Below are positions 53,049-62,445 of a stretch of 64,000 bases of DNA, piece after piece; the stretch's first letter is position 1, and every line of letters starts with the position of its first letter. The notes below the pieces were generated by a model. That model ran no database searches. It was not told the DNA's origin and saw nothing but the letters and a program-made list of their open reading frames with translations. The stretch is from positions 320,001 to 384,000 of the forward strand of contig JANNXA010000055.1 in NCBI GenBank assembly GCA_031409275.1, in the 5' to 3' direction. A program made the translations under genes and the position numbers. This DNA is from Planctomycetota bacterium (GTDB lineage Bacteria; Planctomycetota; B15-G4; SIAN01).

Positions 53049-54827
53049 TCAGAAGTGGATCCGACCGGTGAATCGCACGTCCTTGACGTCGGCGCGCGGG
53101 AAGACCACTTGACCGTTGTCGACGACCAGCACCACGTGCTCACGCGTCTGCTTCATGAGCCGCCCGCGCATGCGCTGTCCGTTGTGGAGCACGACCGACG
53201 CCTCGGGCATGTCACCCACGCGTCGGTACTCCGGCGCTGACGAGTCCAGCAACGAGATCTCGTCGAGGTCGAAGACGCACTCGCCGGACCCCAGCCGCAG
53301 CGTCAGCGTCGTACCACGCACGCGCTGGATGCGGCCGCGGAAGGCGTGGCCATTCTCGAGCTGGATGATGGTGTCAGCACCTTCGAGCTGCGAGCGAGGA
53401 GTGGGCGAGCCGAGCGCCAGCGGCCGCTTGCGCGGCGGCTCCAGGATCATGGCACGCGGGTCGGCCGCGACCGGATCGGGCCGTTCGACGGCGACCGGTG
53501 CGCGTTTCGGTTCAGGAGCCGGTTCCGGTGGCAGCTCGGCGACGGGCGGTGCGGGAATCGGCTCGGCGACGGGCGGCGCTGGAATCGGCTCAGCGACGGC
53601 CACCACCGGCTCGTCCGACGGCTCGTCGACCGCGGGTGGCGGAGTGTCGCTCACTGCCGGTTCCGCGGGAACGCTGGCGTCGACCACTGGCTGCGATTCG
53701 ACCGTGACCACCGGCGGCGGTTCGGACGTCTCGATCGGTTCCTCGGATGGTTGCGCGACGGGCGTCGCTCCCCGCAGCGGGTTCGACGGCAGCGTCGCGA
53801 CGACGGGTCCATCCGCGCTCGAACCCAGCATTCCGCGCCGATCGAGCTCGAACACGAGCGCGGCGGTGAGCGCGGCAGCGAGCAACATGCCGGCCGCAGC
53901 GACCCAGCGCCGTCGCTTGCTCGACAGCGCCACGATCGGCGCAAGCGGAGCGAGCGGCGGCGCGGCATCGGCGGCGGAAGCACCCGCCGTCACGACCAAG
54001 GCGGTTTCGATCTCTTCCGCGTCGCCAACGAACGCCGGCAGATCGCCGTCGTCGCGATCGAGCCAACCGGGGCCATTCGGCTGCGCGGCCACGGGCTCGT
54101 CGGACGCAGCGAACGCCATCGCGCGCTCTTCGCTCGCAGCGGCGGCGATCGGATCCGCCATCCGTTCTGCGGTCGGCGCGATCGGAGCCTGCCGCTCCTT
54201 GCGGCGACCATCTTCGAAGCGCTGCCCAAGCGCCATCTGAGCGACCGCCGTGAGTTCCTCCATCGAGGCCTCTTCGCGGGTCGTCTCGTGGGCGTCGGAT
54301 GCATCCGCACCCAGGTTCGCCAGGGCGTCTTCGAGCCCGGAGCTCGATTCGGGCGCGACGCGATCGGCAGCGGATTCGCCCGCCGAGGCGGCGACCTCCG
54401 AAGAGGACGCGTCCTCGTCCATCGAATCGATCGGGGCGAGTTCGGCGGCCGCCGGCATCAGCGCGGCAAGCTCGTTCGCTTCGTCTTCGCCTTCCGCGCG
54501 CTCGTCGATCGCTAGCGTTTCGCTCGCTGGCGCTTCGCTCGCTGGCGCTTCGCTCGCTGACGTCTCGCTCGCCGCGGCAGGCGCATCGGGAAGCGCCGAC
54601 AAAACCTCGGCCGTCGCCTCGTCGTCGACGAGCAGGAACTCCTCGCCGGCGGTGTCGCCAGGCGCCGCAAGCAGTTCATCGTCGAGGTCGAGCAGGAAGC
54701 TGTCGTCCGGCAAGAAGCCGCCATTGCCGTTCGCGGCTGGGGCACGCCCCTCTTGCGCCGGATTCGGTTTCAGCGGAACGCCTTCCCCGTCAGCCGGATC
54801 GACGTTGTCGTCGCGTTGCTGCGCCAT
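53049..54827 (-). CDS. Hypothetical membrane-anchored protein: acidic disordered N-terminus, TM, Pro-rich stalk, two small Sm/SH3-like beta domains
   Basis: D/E/A-rich N-terminus; RRRW + TM; tandem I.L.NG...RG......L.L...G...F....I domains. Confidence 0.7.
   Translation of the reverse strand: MAQQRDDNVDPADGEGVPLKPNPAQEGRAPAANGNGGFLPDDSFLLDLDDELLAAPGDTAGEEFLLVDDEATAEVLSALPDAPAAASETSASEAPASEAPASETLAIDERAEGEDEANELAALMPAAAELAPIDSMDEDASSSEVAASAGESAADRVAPESSSGLEDALANLGADASDAHETTREEASMEELTAVAQMALGQRFEDGRRKERQAPIAPTAERMADPIAAAASEERAMAFAASDEPVAAQPNGPGWLDRDDGDLPAFVGDAEEIETALVVTAGASAADAAPPLAPLAPIVALSSKRRRWVAAAGMLLAAALTAALVFELDRRGMLGSSADGPVVATLPSNPLRGATPVAQPSEEPIETSEPPPVVTVESQPVVDASVPAEPAVSDTPPPAVDEPSDEPVVAVAEPIPAPPVAEPIPAPPVAELPPEPAPEPKRAPVAVERPDPVAADPRAMILEPPRKRPLALGSPTPRSQLEGADTIIQLENGHAFRGRIQRVRGTTLTLRLGSGECVFDLDEISLLDSSAPEYRRVGDMPEASVVLHNGQRMRGRLMKQTREHVVLVVDNGQVVFPRADVKDVRFTGRIHF
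53534..53597. repeat. In-frame 27-bp tandem repeat (VAEPIPAPP x2+)
   Basis: GCTCGGCGACGGGCGG(T/C)GC(G/T)GGAATCG x2 plus a partial copy. Confidence 0.8.
54511..54570. repeat. In-frame 15-bp tandem repeat x4 (ASExx)
   Basis: GCT(A/G)(G/A)CGxxTCGCTC x4; the two central units are identical. Confidence 0.8.
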
Positions 54828-55078
54828 GAACCGAGCCTCACTCCCGCCTTCGCGACCAGGGCCACGCATCGCGGCCTCTCGTTCCCTCTTCGTCGGGAGG
54901 AGCCCGGCAGGTTGATCGCGCCCGAAACTCGCCGCGGCAGCGAATGGGAAAAAGCGTCTCGAACGACGAAACAAGGGACAGCCCATTGAGCGGGCGCCTC
55001 GCCTCCCGTATCAAGCGGCGCTGAGCCGCCGACCGAAGTTCGCATTCGCCGCGGCGCCCCGAATGGCGACTCCTCCCG

Positions 55079-55660
55079 ATGCATGAATCACCCCTTGCCC
55101 TGCGCTGCGGCCGCGTCCTCTTCGCGCTGCTCTCCCTTTGGATGTGCAACTGCGCGAACGTCCCGCCGTGGCTGGAGCGCAGCTACGTGCGCGTGGGCGC
55201 GGTCGCGCTCGAGGAGCAGCTCACCGCCGACGGGGCAAGCGACAGCGGACCGTTCGTCGGAGTCGGCGCGACGCTCGGCACGTTGATGGCCATCGAACGT
55301 ACCCGTTCGGTGGCGCTCGAGGCCGAGGTCGAGGCCTTTGACCTCCATTCCGGCGCGCTCGACGGCTACGGCTTCCGCTACCTCGGTGGTCCGCGCTGGC
55401 ACTGGAACGTCGACGGGCGCCTGCGTCCGACGGTCGGCGTCGGCGGCGCCTGGACCGACTTCCGGCTGGACGGCCACCAGCGCGGACGCGACCCCTCCGG
55501 TCCCGGCGGCTACCTCGACTGCGGCCTCGATTGGATGATCACGCCCTACTTCGGCATCGGCGCGAAGCTGCGTGGACTGATGCGTTACGAACAGGCTCAG
55601 CGCGAGCACGGACCGCGCGCCGGTCTCGAGTTCGCGCTGCAATCGGTCTGGCGCTTCTGA
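55079..55660 (+). CDS. Outer-membrane beta-barrel protein (OmpA/OMP_b-brl-like); start uncertain
   Basis: Alternating amphipathic strands, RP.VG.G.G, C-terminal ...SVWRF beta signal. Confidence 0.7.
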   Translation: MHESPLALRCGRVLFALLSLWMCNCANVPPWLERSYVRVGAVALEEQLTADGASDSGPFVGVGATLGTLMAIERTRSVALEAEVEAFDLHSGALDGYGFRYLGGPRWHWNVDGRLRPTVGVGGAWTDFRLDGHQRGRDPSGPGGYLDCGLDWMITPYFGIGAKLRGLMRYEQAQREHGPRAGLEFALQSVWRF

Positions 55661-55670
55661 GGACTCCCCC

Positions 55671-56555
55671 ATGACGCGCCTCCTGAATTCGCGACGAAGC
55701 CTGCTCCCGCTTGCGGCCACGCTGCTGCTTTGCGGCTGCGTGCAGTCGCCGCTGCCGCTGCCGATGGCACCCGTGCGCGCACGCGAACGCGTCGAGCCGG
55801 CAAGCAGCGAAGTGCTCGCAGTGCTCGATTTCGACGACCAGCGCCCCGAGTTCGAACGCAGCGAAGAAGCGATCGACGAGCGCTTCGTCGGCAGCCGGTA
55901 CTTCGCGCTCGATCGCTTCTGGACCTTCCACTCCGCTGATGCCGAGCTCGATCAGGATCCCGCGCAGGCGCCCGACCTGCGCGCGCGGGTGACTGGCACG
56001 GCCGCCTTCCGCTGGTACCCCTTCCCGAACCACGGCTGGGGCAAGCCGCTGCCGGCGCCGCTTGCGACGGCGCTCGCCGATTACGTAGCGCTGCACCTCG
56101 AACAGCGCCGCGTGTTCGCCAGAGTCGTGCGAGTCCAGGATGCGCGCGTCGCGGCAGCGGTCGGCGCGACGTTGCTGCTGTCGGGCCGAATCGATCGCTT
56201 CGGCGCTGAACTCGCCGAGTTGCGCGACCCGTTCGTGGTCCGACCTGACGATTGGACCGAGTTCCGACTCCTCGCGGCCGCCGATTACACCATTGCACTG
56301 ACGCCGATCGCCGGCGGCGAGCCGCTCCTGTCGCGACGCTGCAAGGCGCGCGACGACCAGAGTCGACTGCTCGACGATCTCGAGCACTACCGTGGAAATC
56401 AGGCGCAACCGCTCTGGCAGCTCGATGCCGAGCACTTCCCCGGATTCGCGGAAGCGGACCTCGTCGATCGCGCCCGGCGCGCGCTCGAAGGTGCCACCGT
56501 GCCGCTGGTCGCCGCGATCGAAGCGGCCGTTGCCCCCCCGGCCGCTTCGGAATAG
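55671..56555 (+). CDS. Hypothetical lipoprotein
   Basis: GAGGA RBS; lipobox LCGC; V.DF.D.RP motif. Confidence 0.7.
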   Translation: MTRLLNSRRSLLPLAATLLLCGCVQSPLPLPMAPVRARERVEPASSEVLAVLDFDDQRPEFERSEEAIDERFVGSRYFALDRFWTFHSADAELDQDPAQAPDLRARVTGTAAFRWYPFPNHGWGKPLPAPLATALADYVALHLEQRRVFARVVRVQDARVAAAVGATLLLSGRIDRFGAELAELRDPFVVRPDDWTEFRLLAAADYTIALTPIAGGEPLLSRRCKARDDQSRLLDDLEHYRGNQAQPLWQLDAEHFPGFAEADLVDRARRALEGATVPLVAAIEAAVAPPAASE

Positions 56556-56647
56556 CGAGCCCGTTCCGGGGGAAAGCCCTGTGCCCGCGTGCTCAAGCGC
56601 GCCCCTTGCCGACGTCGAAGGTCCCGACGCCGCCGCAGGGGAGAGCA

Positions 56648-58774
56648 TTGGACGACGATCACCCACGCGCACCGGAGACGGTTCGCCCGCGATTGCTGAC
56701 ACTGACCGCCGCCGACGGCGCGGACAGTGCCGGCGGCGATTGGCGTGGCGTCATCCAAGCCGCCGGCTATTCGCTGCTGACCGCCGCCACCGTCGAGCAG
56801 GCGCGCACGGCGCTGGCCTCCGACCCCAACGCTGCGCTGCTCGCTGATCTGGGAACGCCAGGCGCGATCGAACTGCTCGGCGAACTCGCGTCAGCAACCT
56901 CGCACCCGCTGCTCGCACTCGCGTCGAGCGGTGACCGGGGCCTCGACGCGCTCCCGGACAACATCGAGGTGGTCGCTCGAGAGACTCTCGTCGCGACGCT
57001 CGCCCGACAGTTGCGCCGTGCCGTCTCGATCGCCGCCACGTCGAACGCTCTGGCTTCGACGACGGCGCAGCTCGAACGCGCCCATCGCTTCGCTCGCATC
57101 GGCAGCTTCGATGTCGACTGGGGCCAGCGACAGGTCGCCCTCACCGCGCCCGCCGCGCAGCTGTTCGGCTTGCCGACCGCCGAGCGCACGCTCGCGCTGC
57201 GCGACTTCGCTGATCGAGTCGGTGGCGCCCGCAGCGATGCTTGCCTCGCCTGGTGGCTCGCGGTCGCGGACGGCGCCGCGCGTGGCGCCTTCGAGCAGCG
57301 CCTGACTCGTCACGTGAACGGCGAACGGATCGTCCGCATCCACGCCGAGCGGCGCGGCGATCCTCGCAACGGCGGCGTCACGCTGCATGCGTTGGTGCAC
57401 GACGTCACCGACCGGCGCCGCGTCGAGGAAGAGCTCGAGTACCAGGCGCGCCACGACGAGCTCACCGGGCTCGCCAATCGCCGACAGCTGCTCGCGAGCC
57501 TCGAGCAGGCGCTCGCCGAGGCCTCGCTCCACGACTGGCGAGTGGCAGTGCTCTTCCTCGATGTCGATCGCTTCAAGGACATCAACGACAGCCTCGGACA
57601 CAACGTCGGCGACCAGTTGCTGGTGGAGATCGCGAAGCGGCTTCGGCAGGCGATCCGCAGCGACCGGCGCGACTCGGAGTTCGGAACGCTCGGCGACCTC
57701 GTCGCGCGTCCGAGCGGGGACGAGTTCGCGCTGATCGTCACCGGCCTGCGCCGAGACGCCGACGCGAAAGCGGTCGCTGCGCGCATGCAGGCCGCGTTCA
57801 CGCCGCCGCTGCAGCTCGCCGGCCGCGAGGTCTTCCTCACCGCGTGCGTCGGCTACGTCGTCACGGATGGCAACGGCATCGAGCCGCGCGAACTGCTGAA
57901 ACAGGCCGAGTCCGCGATGTACTCGGCGAAGACGAACGGCCGCGCCAGCGCCGCCTGCTTCGATCCTTCGATGACCCGGCTCGCCGACCAACGACTCGAA
58001 ACCGAGGCGGCCATGCGGCGCGCCCTCGAGCGACGCGAGTTCGAGGTCTGGTACCAGCCACGCATCGAGCTCCGCTCGGGGCGCATCGTCGGGATGGAGG
58101 CGCTGGTCCGCTGGCGCCATCCGCAAAAGGGGATCGTGCCGCCGGTGCAGTTCATCCCGCTCGCCGAGGAGAGCGGATTGATCGTGCCGCTCGGCGCCTT
58201 CGTCCTGCGCGAGGCGTGCGAACAGGCGCAGCGCTGGCGCGAGTCGGGGCTCGGCGAATTGCGAATGGCCGTCAACGTCTCCGCCGAACAGTTCCGCGAG
58301 CGCAACCTCGTCGAACTCGTGGCGAACGAGCTCGCGCATAGTGGCTTGCCCGCCGACGCGCTCGAACTCGAGCTCACCGAAAGCACCCTCATGCGCGACG
58401 TCGACCGCGCGCTCGGGACGCTGAAGCGGTTGAAGCAGTCGGGCGTCCATCTCGCCATCGACGACTTCGGCACCGGCTACAGCTCGCTCGCCTACCTGAA
58501 GCGCTTCCCGATCGACTGCCTCAAGATCGACCAGTCGTTCGTGCGCGACGTCACCACCGACTCAGGCGACGCCGCCATCACGTCGCTGATCGTGATGATG
58601 GCGCATCGGCTCCGGCTGGCCGTCGTCGCCGAGGGGGTCGAGACCGAGCAACAGGCCGAGTTCCTGCGCGCCGAACAGTGCGACCAGGTCCAGGGCTACC
58701 TGTACGACAAGCCGCTCACCGCGACCGACGCGACCACGCGACTCGAACGCCAGCTGATCCTGCCGATGCCGTGA
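56648..58774 (+). CDS. Degenerate REC + PAS-like + GGDEF + EAL c-di-GMP enzyme
   Basis: HDELTGLANR, DVDRFK.IND.LGH..GD, SGDEF; EAL, VNVS, ELELTE, IDDFGTGYSS, KID, EGVE, QGY. Confidence 0.92.
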   Translation: MDDDHPRAPETVRPRLLTLTAADGADSAGGDWRGVIQAAGYSLLTAATVEQARTALASDPNAALLADLGTPGAIELLGELASATSHPLLALASSGDRGLDALPDNIEVVARETLVATLARQLRRAVSIAATSNALASTTAQLERAHRFARIGSFDVDWGQRQVALTAPAAQLFGLPTAERTLALRDFADRVGGARSDACLAWWLAVADGAARGAFEQRLTRHVNGERIVRIHAERRGDPRNGGVTLHALVHDVTDRRRVEEELEYQARHDELTGLANRRQLLASLEQALAEASLHDWRVAVLFLDVDRFKDINDSLGHNVGDQLLVEIAKRLRQAIRSDRRDSEFGTLGDLVARPSGDEFALIVTGLRRDADAKAVAARMQAAFTPPLQLAGREVFLTACVGYVVTDGNGIEPRELLKQAESAMYSAKTNGRASAACFDPSMTRLADQRLETEAAMRRALERREFEVWYQPRIELRSGRIVGMEALVRWRHPQKGIVPPVQFIPLAEESGLIVPLGAFVLREACEQAQRWRESGLGELRMAVNVSAEQFRERNLVELVANELAHSGLPADALELELTESTLMRDVDRALGTLKRLKQSGVHLAIDDFGTGYSSLAYLKRFPIDCLKIDQSFVRDVTTDSGDAAITSLIVMMAHRLRLAVVAEGVETEQQAEFLRAEQCDQVQGYLYDKPLTATDATTRLERQLILPMP

Positions 58775-58856
58775 ACGCGGCCCGGGCGGCGCCGAAGCGA
58801 GTTTCCTTCTTCCGGCGCGGTGACTAGCTTCATGTCGCCCCGCACGGAGGATCGAC

Positions 58857-60017
58857 ATGAACGCGCAGTGGCCCCGGGACGAGCATGACGCACGCGGCAC
58901 GAGTTGGCGCGCAGCGGTGCTGGTCGCGTTGGCAGGGCTTGCCATCTGGAAGTTCACCGGCCGCGACGGTGACGGACTGCTCGACCCGTCCGCGCGACCG
59001 CGCAGCATCTCGCCGCGCGGTGACCTCGACTCCTCCGAACGCGCCACCATCGCCCTCTTCGAGCGCGCGTCACCTTCGGTGGTGTTCATCCGCAACGTCG
59101 CCGTCGAGATCGACTCGAACACCTTGATCGCGACCGAGGCGCGCGAAGGAACCGGCTCCGGCTTCGTGTGGGACGAAGAGGGGCACGTCCTCACCAACTA
59201 CCACGTGATCCACGCCGCGACCGAACTCGTGGTCACCTTCGCCAACCACGACTCCTACCCGGCACGTGTCGTCGGCCATGAGGTCGAGAAGGACCTCGCC
59301 GTGCTGCTCGTCGACGCGCCCCGCGAGCTGTTCAAGCCGCTCGCCGTGGGCACCTCGGCCGATCTGCGGGTCGGCCAGAACGTCTACGCCATCGGCAACC
59401 CGTTCGGCCTCGACCAGACGCTCACGGCTGGAATCGTCAGCGGGCTCGGCCGCGAGATGCCCGCCAAGTACGAGGAGTACGGTCGTGGTCAACGCCTGCT
59501 GACCGACCTCATCCAGACCCAGGCTCCGATCAACCCGGGCAATTCGGGCGGACCGCTGCTCGACAGTTCCGGGCGCCTGATCGGCATGAACACGGCGATC
59601 GTGTCTCCGTCGGGCGCATCCGCCGGCATCGGTTTCGCCATGCCGGTCGACACGATCAATCGCGTCGCCACCGAGATCCTCCGCTTCGGGCAGGCGCGCC
59701 GCCCGAGTCTCGGCGTGCTGATCGCCAAGGACTTCCTGACCGCGGTCTATGGCGTGAAGGGAGTCGTCGTCACCGGCGTCGTCAAGGGCAGCGGCGCGGA
59801 AGAAGCGGGCCTGCGCGGCGAACTGCTCCCTCGCAATGGCCGCCCCACCGCGCGCCAGGACATCATCGTCGGCGTCGACGGAACGGCGATCGCCACCAGC
59901 AACGACCTCTTTCGTGCGCTCACCCACCACGAGGTCGGAGAGAAGGTGAAGCTCGACGTCGTGCGCGACGGCAAGACGATCAAGTTCGAAGTCGAGCTGC
60001 GGGACTTGCGCCAGTGA
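58857..60017 (+). CDS. HtrA/HhoA-type trypsin-like serine protease with one PDZ domain
   Basis: GSGF, TNYHV, DLAV, AIGNPFG, INPGNSGGPL, C-terminal PDZ; N-terminal TM. Confidence 0.95.
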   Translation: MNAQWPRDEHDARGTSWRAAVLVALAGLAIWKFTGRDGDGLLDPSARPRSISPRGDLDSSERATIALFERASPSVVFIRNVAVEIDSNTLIATEAREGTGSGFVWDEEGHVLTNYHVIHAATELVVTFANHDSYPARVVGHEVEKDLAVLLVDAPRELFKPLAVGTSADLRVGQNVYAIGNPFGLDQTLTAGIVSGLGREMPAKYEEYGRGQRLLTDLIQTQAPINPGNSGGPLLDSSGRLIGMNTAIVSPSGASAGIGFAMPVDTINRVATEILRFGQARRPSLGVLIAKDFLTAVYGVKGVVVTGVVKGSGAEEAGLRGELLPRNGRPTARQDIIVGVDGTAIATSNDLFRALTHHEVGEKVKLDVVRDGKTIKFEVELRDLRQ

Positions 60018-60919
60018 GCCTGCGACCCGCGCGGGGCGCGGCGTTCTGCGCAGCGCTTGGGCTGCTCGCGACGAACGCGTGCGAGAAACCGCAGCTCGAC
60101 GCACCACCGCCACCGAAGGTCGGCGAGCTTCCGGCGGCCTCGGCGGACGCCGAGGTCGCGACGATCGACCCCGTCGCGGAGCTCACGCGCGACGCGCCGA
60201 CCGATCCCGCCGCACCCGATCCCGGCGCGCGCGTGCAACCGGTGTTTCGCGGCGGCACCGCGCCGCCGCCGAGCGATGAACCGAAGGACCCCGAGGAGCG
60301 CTGGTTGCAGTGCGAGCGCTACGACATCGACTTCAATGGCCAGAACCTGCGCACGCTGCGGATCGGCAAGCCAGGCTGGCCCGAGGTCCTGCTGCTGCAC
60401 GGGGCGCGCTTCGACTCGCGCACCTGGCTCGAGCTCGGCACGCTCGAACTGCTGGCGAAGAACGGCTACCGCGCCGTCGCCATCGACCTGCCGGGCTTCG
60501 GGCAGTCGAAGCAGATCACCGTCGCGCCGGAGAGCTTCCTCTGGATCGCGTTGCCGTTCCTCGATCTCAAGCGACCGGTGGTCGTCTTTCCGTCGATGAG
60601 CGGGACGTTCGCCTTTCCGCTGCTGATCGACCACCCCGAGCTGCTCGCGGGCCTCGTGCCGATCGCGCCCGCCGGCGTGCCCGATTTCGGCGCGCGCCTC
60701 ACCGGACTGACGCTGCCGGCCCTGATCGTCTGGGGCGAGTCGGACACCGTCTTCCCCACCTCGCAGGCGGAGACGCTGAAACGACTGTGGCCGCGAGCCG
60801 AGAAGCTGATCCTCCCGAAGGCGAGCCACGCCTGCTACCAGGACGATCCGGAGGGGTTCCACGCCGGCCTGCTCGCGTTCCTGAAGAAGGCCGATTGGAA
60901 GGCGCCGCCGGGCCGCTGA
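60014..60919 (+). CDS. ABHD14B-like alpha/beta hydrolase, probable lipoprotein
   Basis: LLHGARF...W..LGTL..LA..GYRAVAIDLPGFG, PSMSG nucleophile, GESD, HACY; GTGA-coupled to the protease. Confidence 0.85.
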   Translation: MSLRPARGAAFCAALGLLATNACEKPQLDAPPPPKVGELPAASADAEVATIDPVAELTRDAPTDPAAPDPGARVQPVFRGGTAPPPSDEPKDPEERWLQCERYDIDFNGQNLRTLRIGKPGWPEVLLLHGARFDSRTWLELGTLELLAKNGYRAVAIDLPGFGQSKQITVAPESFLWIALPFLDLKRPVVVFPSMSGTFAFPLLIDHPELLAGLVPIAPAGVPDFGARLTGLTLPALIVWGESDTVFPTSQAETLKRLWPRAEKLILPKASHACYQDDPEGFHAGLLAFLKKADWKAPPGR

Positions 60920-60965
60920 GTCGATCCGAGGCGAGCGCGCCTGCGCGCGCCGCGGCCAGCGCGAA

Positions 60966-61634
60966 TCAACCTGCGCGAGTGAGCAGGTAGGCGCGCTCGT
61001 GCGCGGCGTCGAGCCCTTTGGCGCGAAAGTGCGGCTCCTCGTCGATCAGCGACTTGCTCCCGAGCTCCTCGAGCGCGCCGAGCGGCGCGAAGAGTTCACG
61101 AACCTCCTCGACCCCGACCGCGAACGGCGGCCCCGCCATCTTCCGCGAGTCGTACTCGAGCGTGACGATCAGCATGCGACCGCGCGGAGCCAGCAGCGCG
61201 CCGCACCGTTCTGCGTAGCGGCGGCGCAGCGGCGGCGGCAGCGCGATCAACGCCGCGCGATCGTGGATGGCATCGAAAGTGCCCTCGCGCGCCGGGTCGA
61301 GCGCGAAGAAGTCGCCACGCCACAGCTCGATTGCGCCGCTTGCCGTCACCTCGAAGGGAGCTCCGTGCGGAGCCGCATGCACCTGCGCGGCGAGGCGCTG
61401 CTCGGCGAAGAAATCGTGCACGGCCTTGGCCGCGAGCTCGACCCCCAACACCGCGTGGCCGCGGCGCGCCAGCCAAGCCAGATCGACGCTCTTGCCGCAA
61501 AGCGGGACGAGGACGCGCTCGTCGCCGCGCGGCAGCAGGCGCGCCGCATGCGCGACGAGCCAGCATTGCGGCGCCTCGCGATGAAACGCGATGCGCCCCT
61601 CCTCCCAGCGCTGGATCCAGTACTCCGGTTCCAT
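60966..61634 (-). CDS. tpm: Thiopurine S-methyltransferase family protein
   Basis: W..RW....I.FH, VLVPLCGKS.D, GVEL, GDFF, DRAALIAL, GPPF.V. Confidence 0.92.
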   Translation of the reverse strand: MEPEYWIQRWEEGRIAFHREAPQCWLVAHAARLLPRGDERVLVPLCGKSVDLAWLARRGHAVLGVELAAKAVHDFFAEQRLAAQVHAAPHGAPFEVTASGAIELWRGDFFALDPAREGTFDAIHDRAALIALPPPLRRRYAERCGALLAPRGRMLIVTLEYDSRKMAGPPFAVGVEEVRELFAPLGALEELGSKSLIDEEPHFRAKGLDAAHERAYLLTRAG

Positions 61635-61654
61635 CAAGGAGCTCCGCGGGCGTG

Positions 61655-62425
61655 TCAGCGTCGAAACTGCGGCGGCCGTTTGGCGAGGAACGCCTCGACC
61701 CCTTCGATCGCGTCGGGAGTCGCCATCAGGTCGCCGCGGTAGAGCCGCTCGATCCGCGGCAGCAGCGCCTCGACGCGGTCGGCGAGCTCGAAGCGCGCCG
61801 CCTGCGTCGCGAACCGCAGCGCGCTGGCGGACTTGCGCAACCAGTTCGCTCGCACCCACTCGAGCGCGGCCGCTTCCGGATCGTCAGCCAAGGCGTCGAC
61901 GAGGCCCCACGCCAGCGCGTCGGCGGCGCCGACACGACGAGCGGTCAGCAACATCTCGTCCGCGCGCGCCTGACCGATCCGGACCGGCAGGAGCAGTGAT
62001 GCAAGCGGTGCGAAGACACCGAGCTCGATCTCCGGCGTCGCGCACTCGCTATCAGGCGCCGCGAAGAGGCGTTGCGCCAGCAGCGCCAGTTCGAGGCTGC
62101 CGCCCAGGCACTTGCCTCGCACCGCGACCGCGAGCGGCAGCCCGCTCGCCAGGAACTCGCGCACGAACGCGTGGAACTCGACCAGGAACGGGCCGATCTT
62201 CGCGGCTCGATGGTCGTCGATGCTGGCGCCGTAACCGAAATGGTCGCCGCGGGTCGTGAGGAGCAGCGCGTGCGGCCGCGCCGATGAGCGCGCCGCCGAG
62301 TGGAGTGCGCGACGCAGCTCGCTGACGAGCGCTCGATCGAGGACGTTGCCCGGCGGAGCGTGGAGGTGCCAGACCTGCAGTCTTCCTTCGTCGAGTTCGC
62401 TGATCTGCAGGCGCGGTTCATCCAT
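61655..62425 (-). CDS. Enoyl-CoA hydratase/crotonase, cyclohexa-1,5-dienecarbonyl-CoA hydratase (Dch)-like
   Basis: APPGNVLD, FGYGASIDDH, CLGGSLE, PEIELGVFAP.AS, E.LY...LM.T.DA.EG..AF..KR.P. Confidence 0.8.
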   Translation of the reverse strand: MDEPRLQISELDEGRLQVWHLHAPPGNVLDRALVSELRRALHSAARSSARPHALLLTTRGDHFGYGASIDDHRAAKIGPFLVEFHAFVREFLASGLPLAVAVRGKCLGGSLELALLAQRLFAAPDSECATPEIELGVFAPLASLLLPVRIGQARADEMLLTARRVGAADALAWGLVDALADDPEAAALEWVRANWLRKSASALRFATQAARFELADRVEALLPRIERLYRGDLMATPDAIEGVEAFLAKRPPQFRR

Positions 62426-62445
62426 GGTGCCGCGCATCATGCCGC

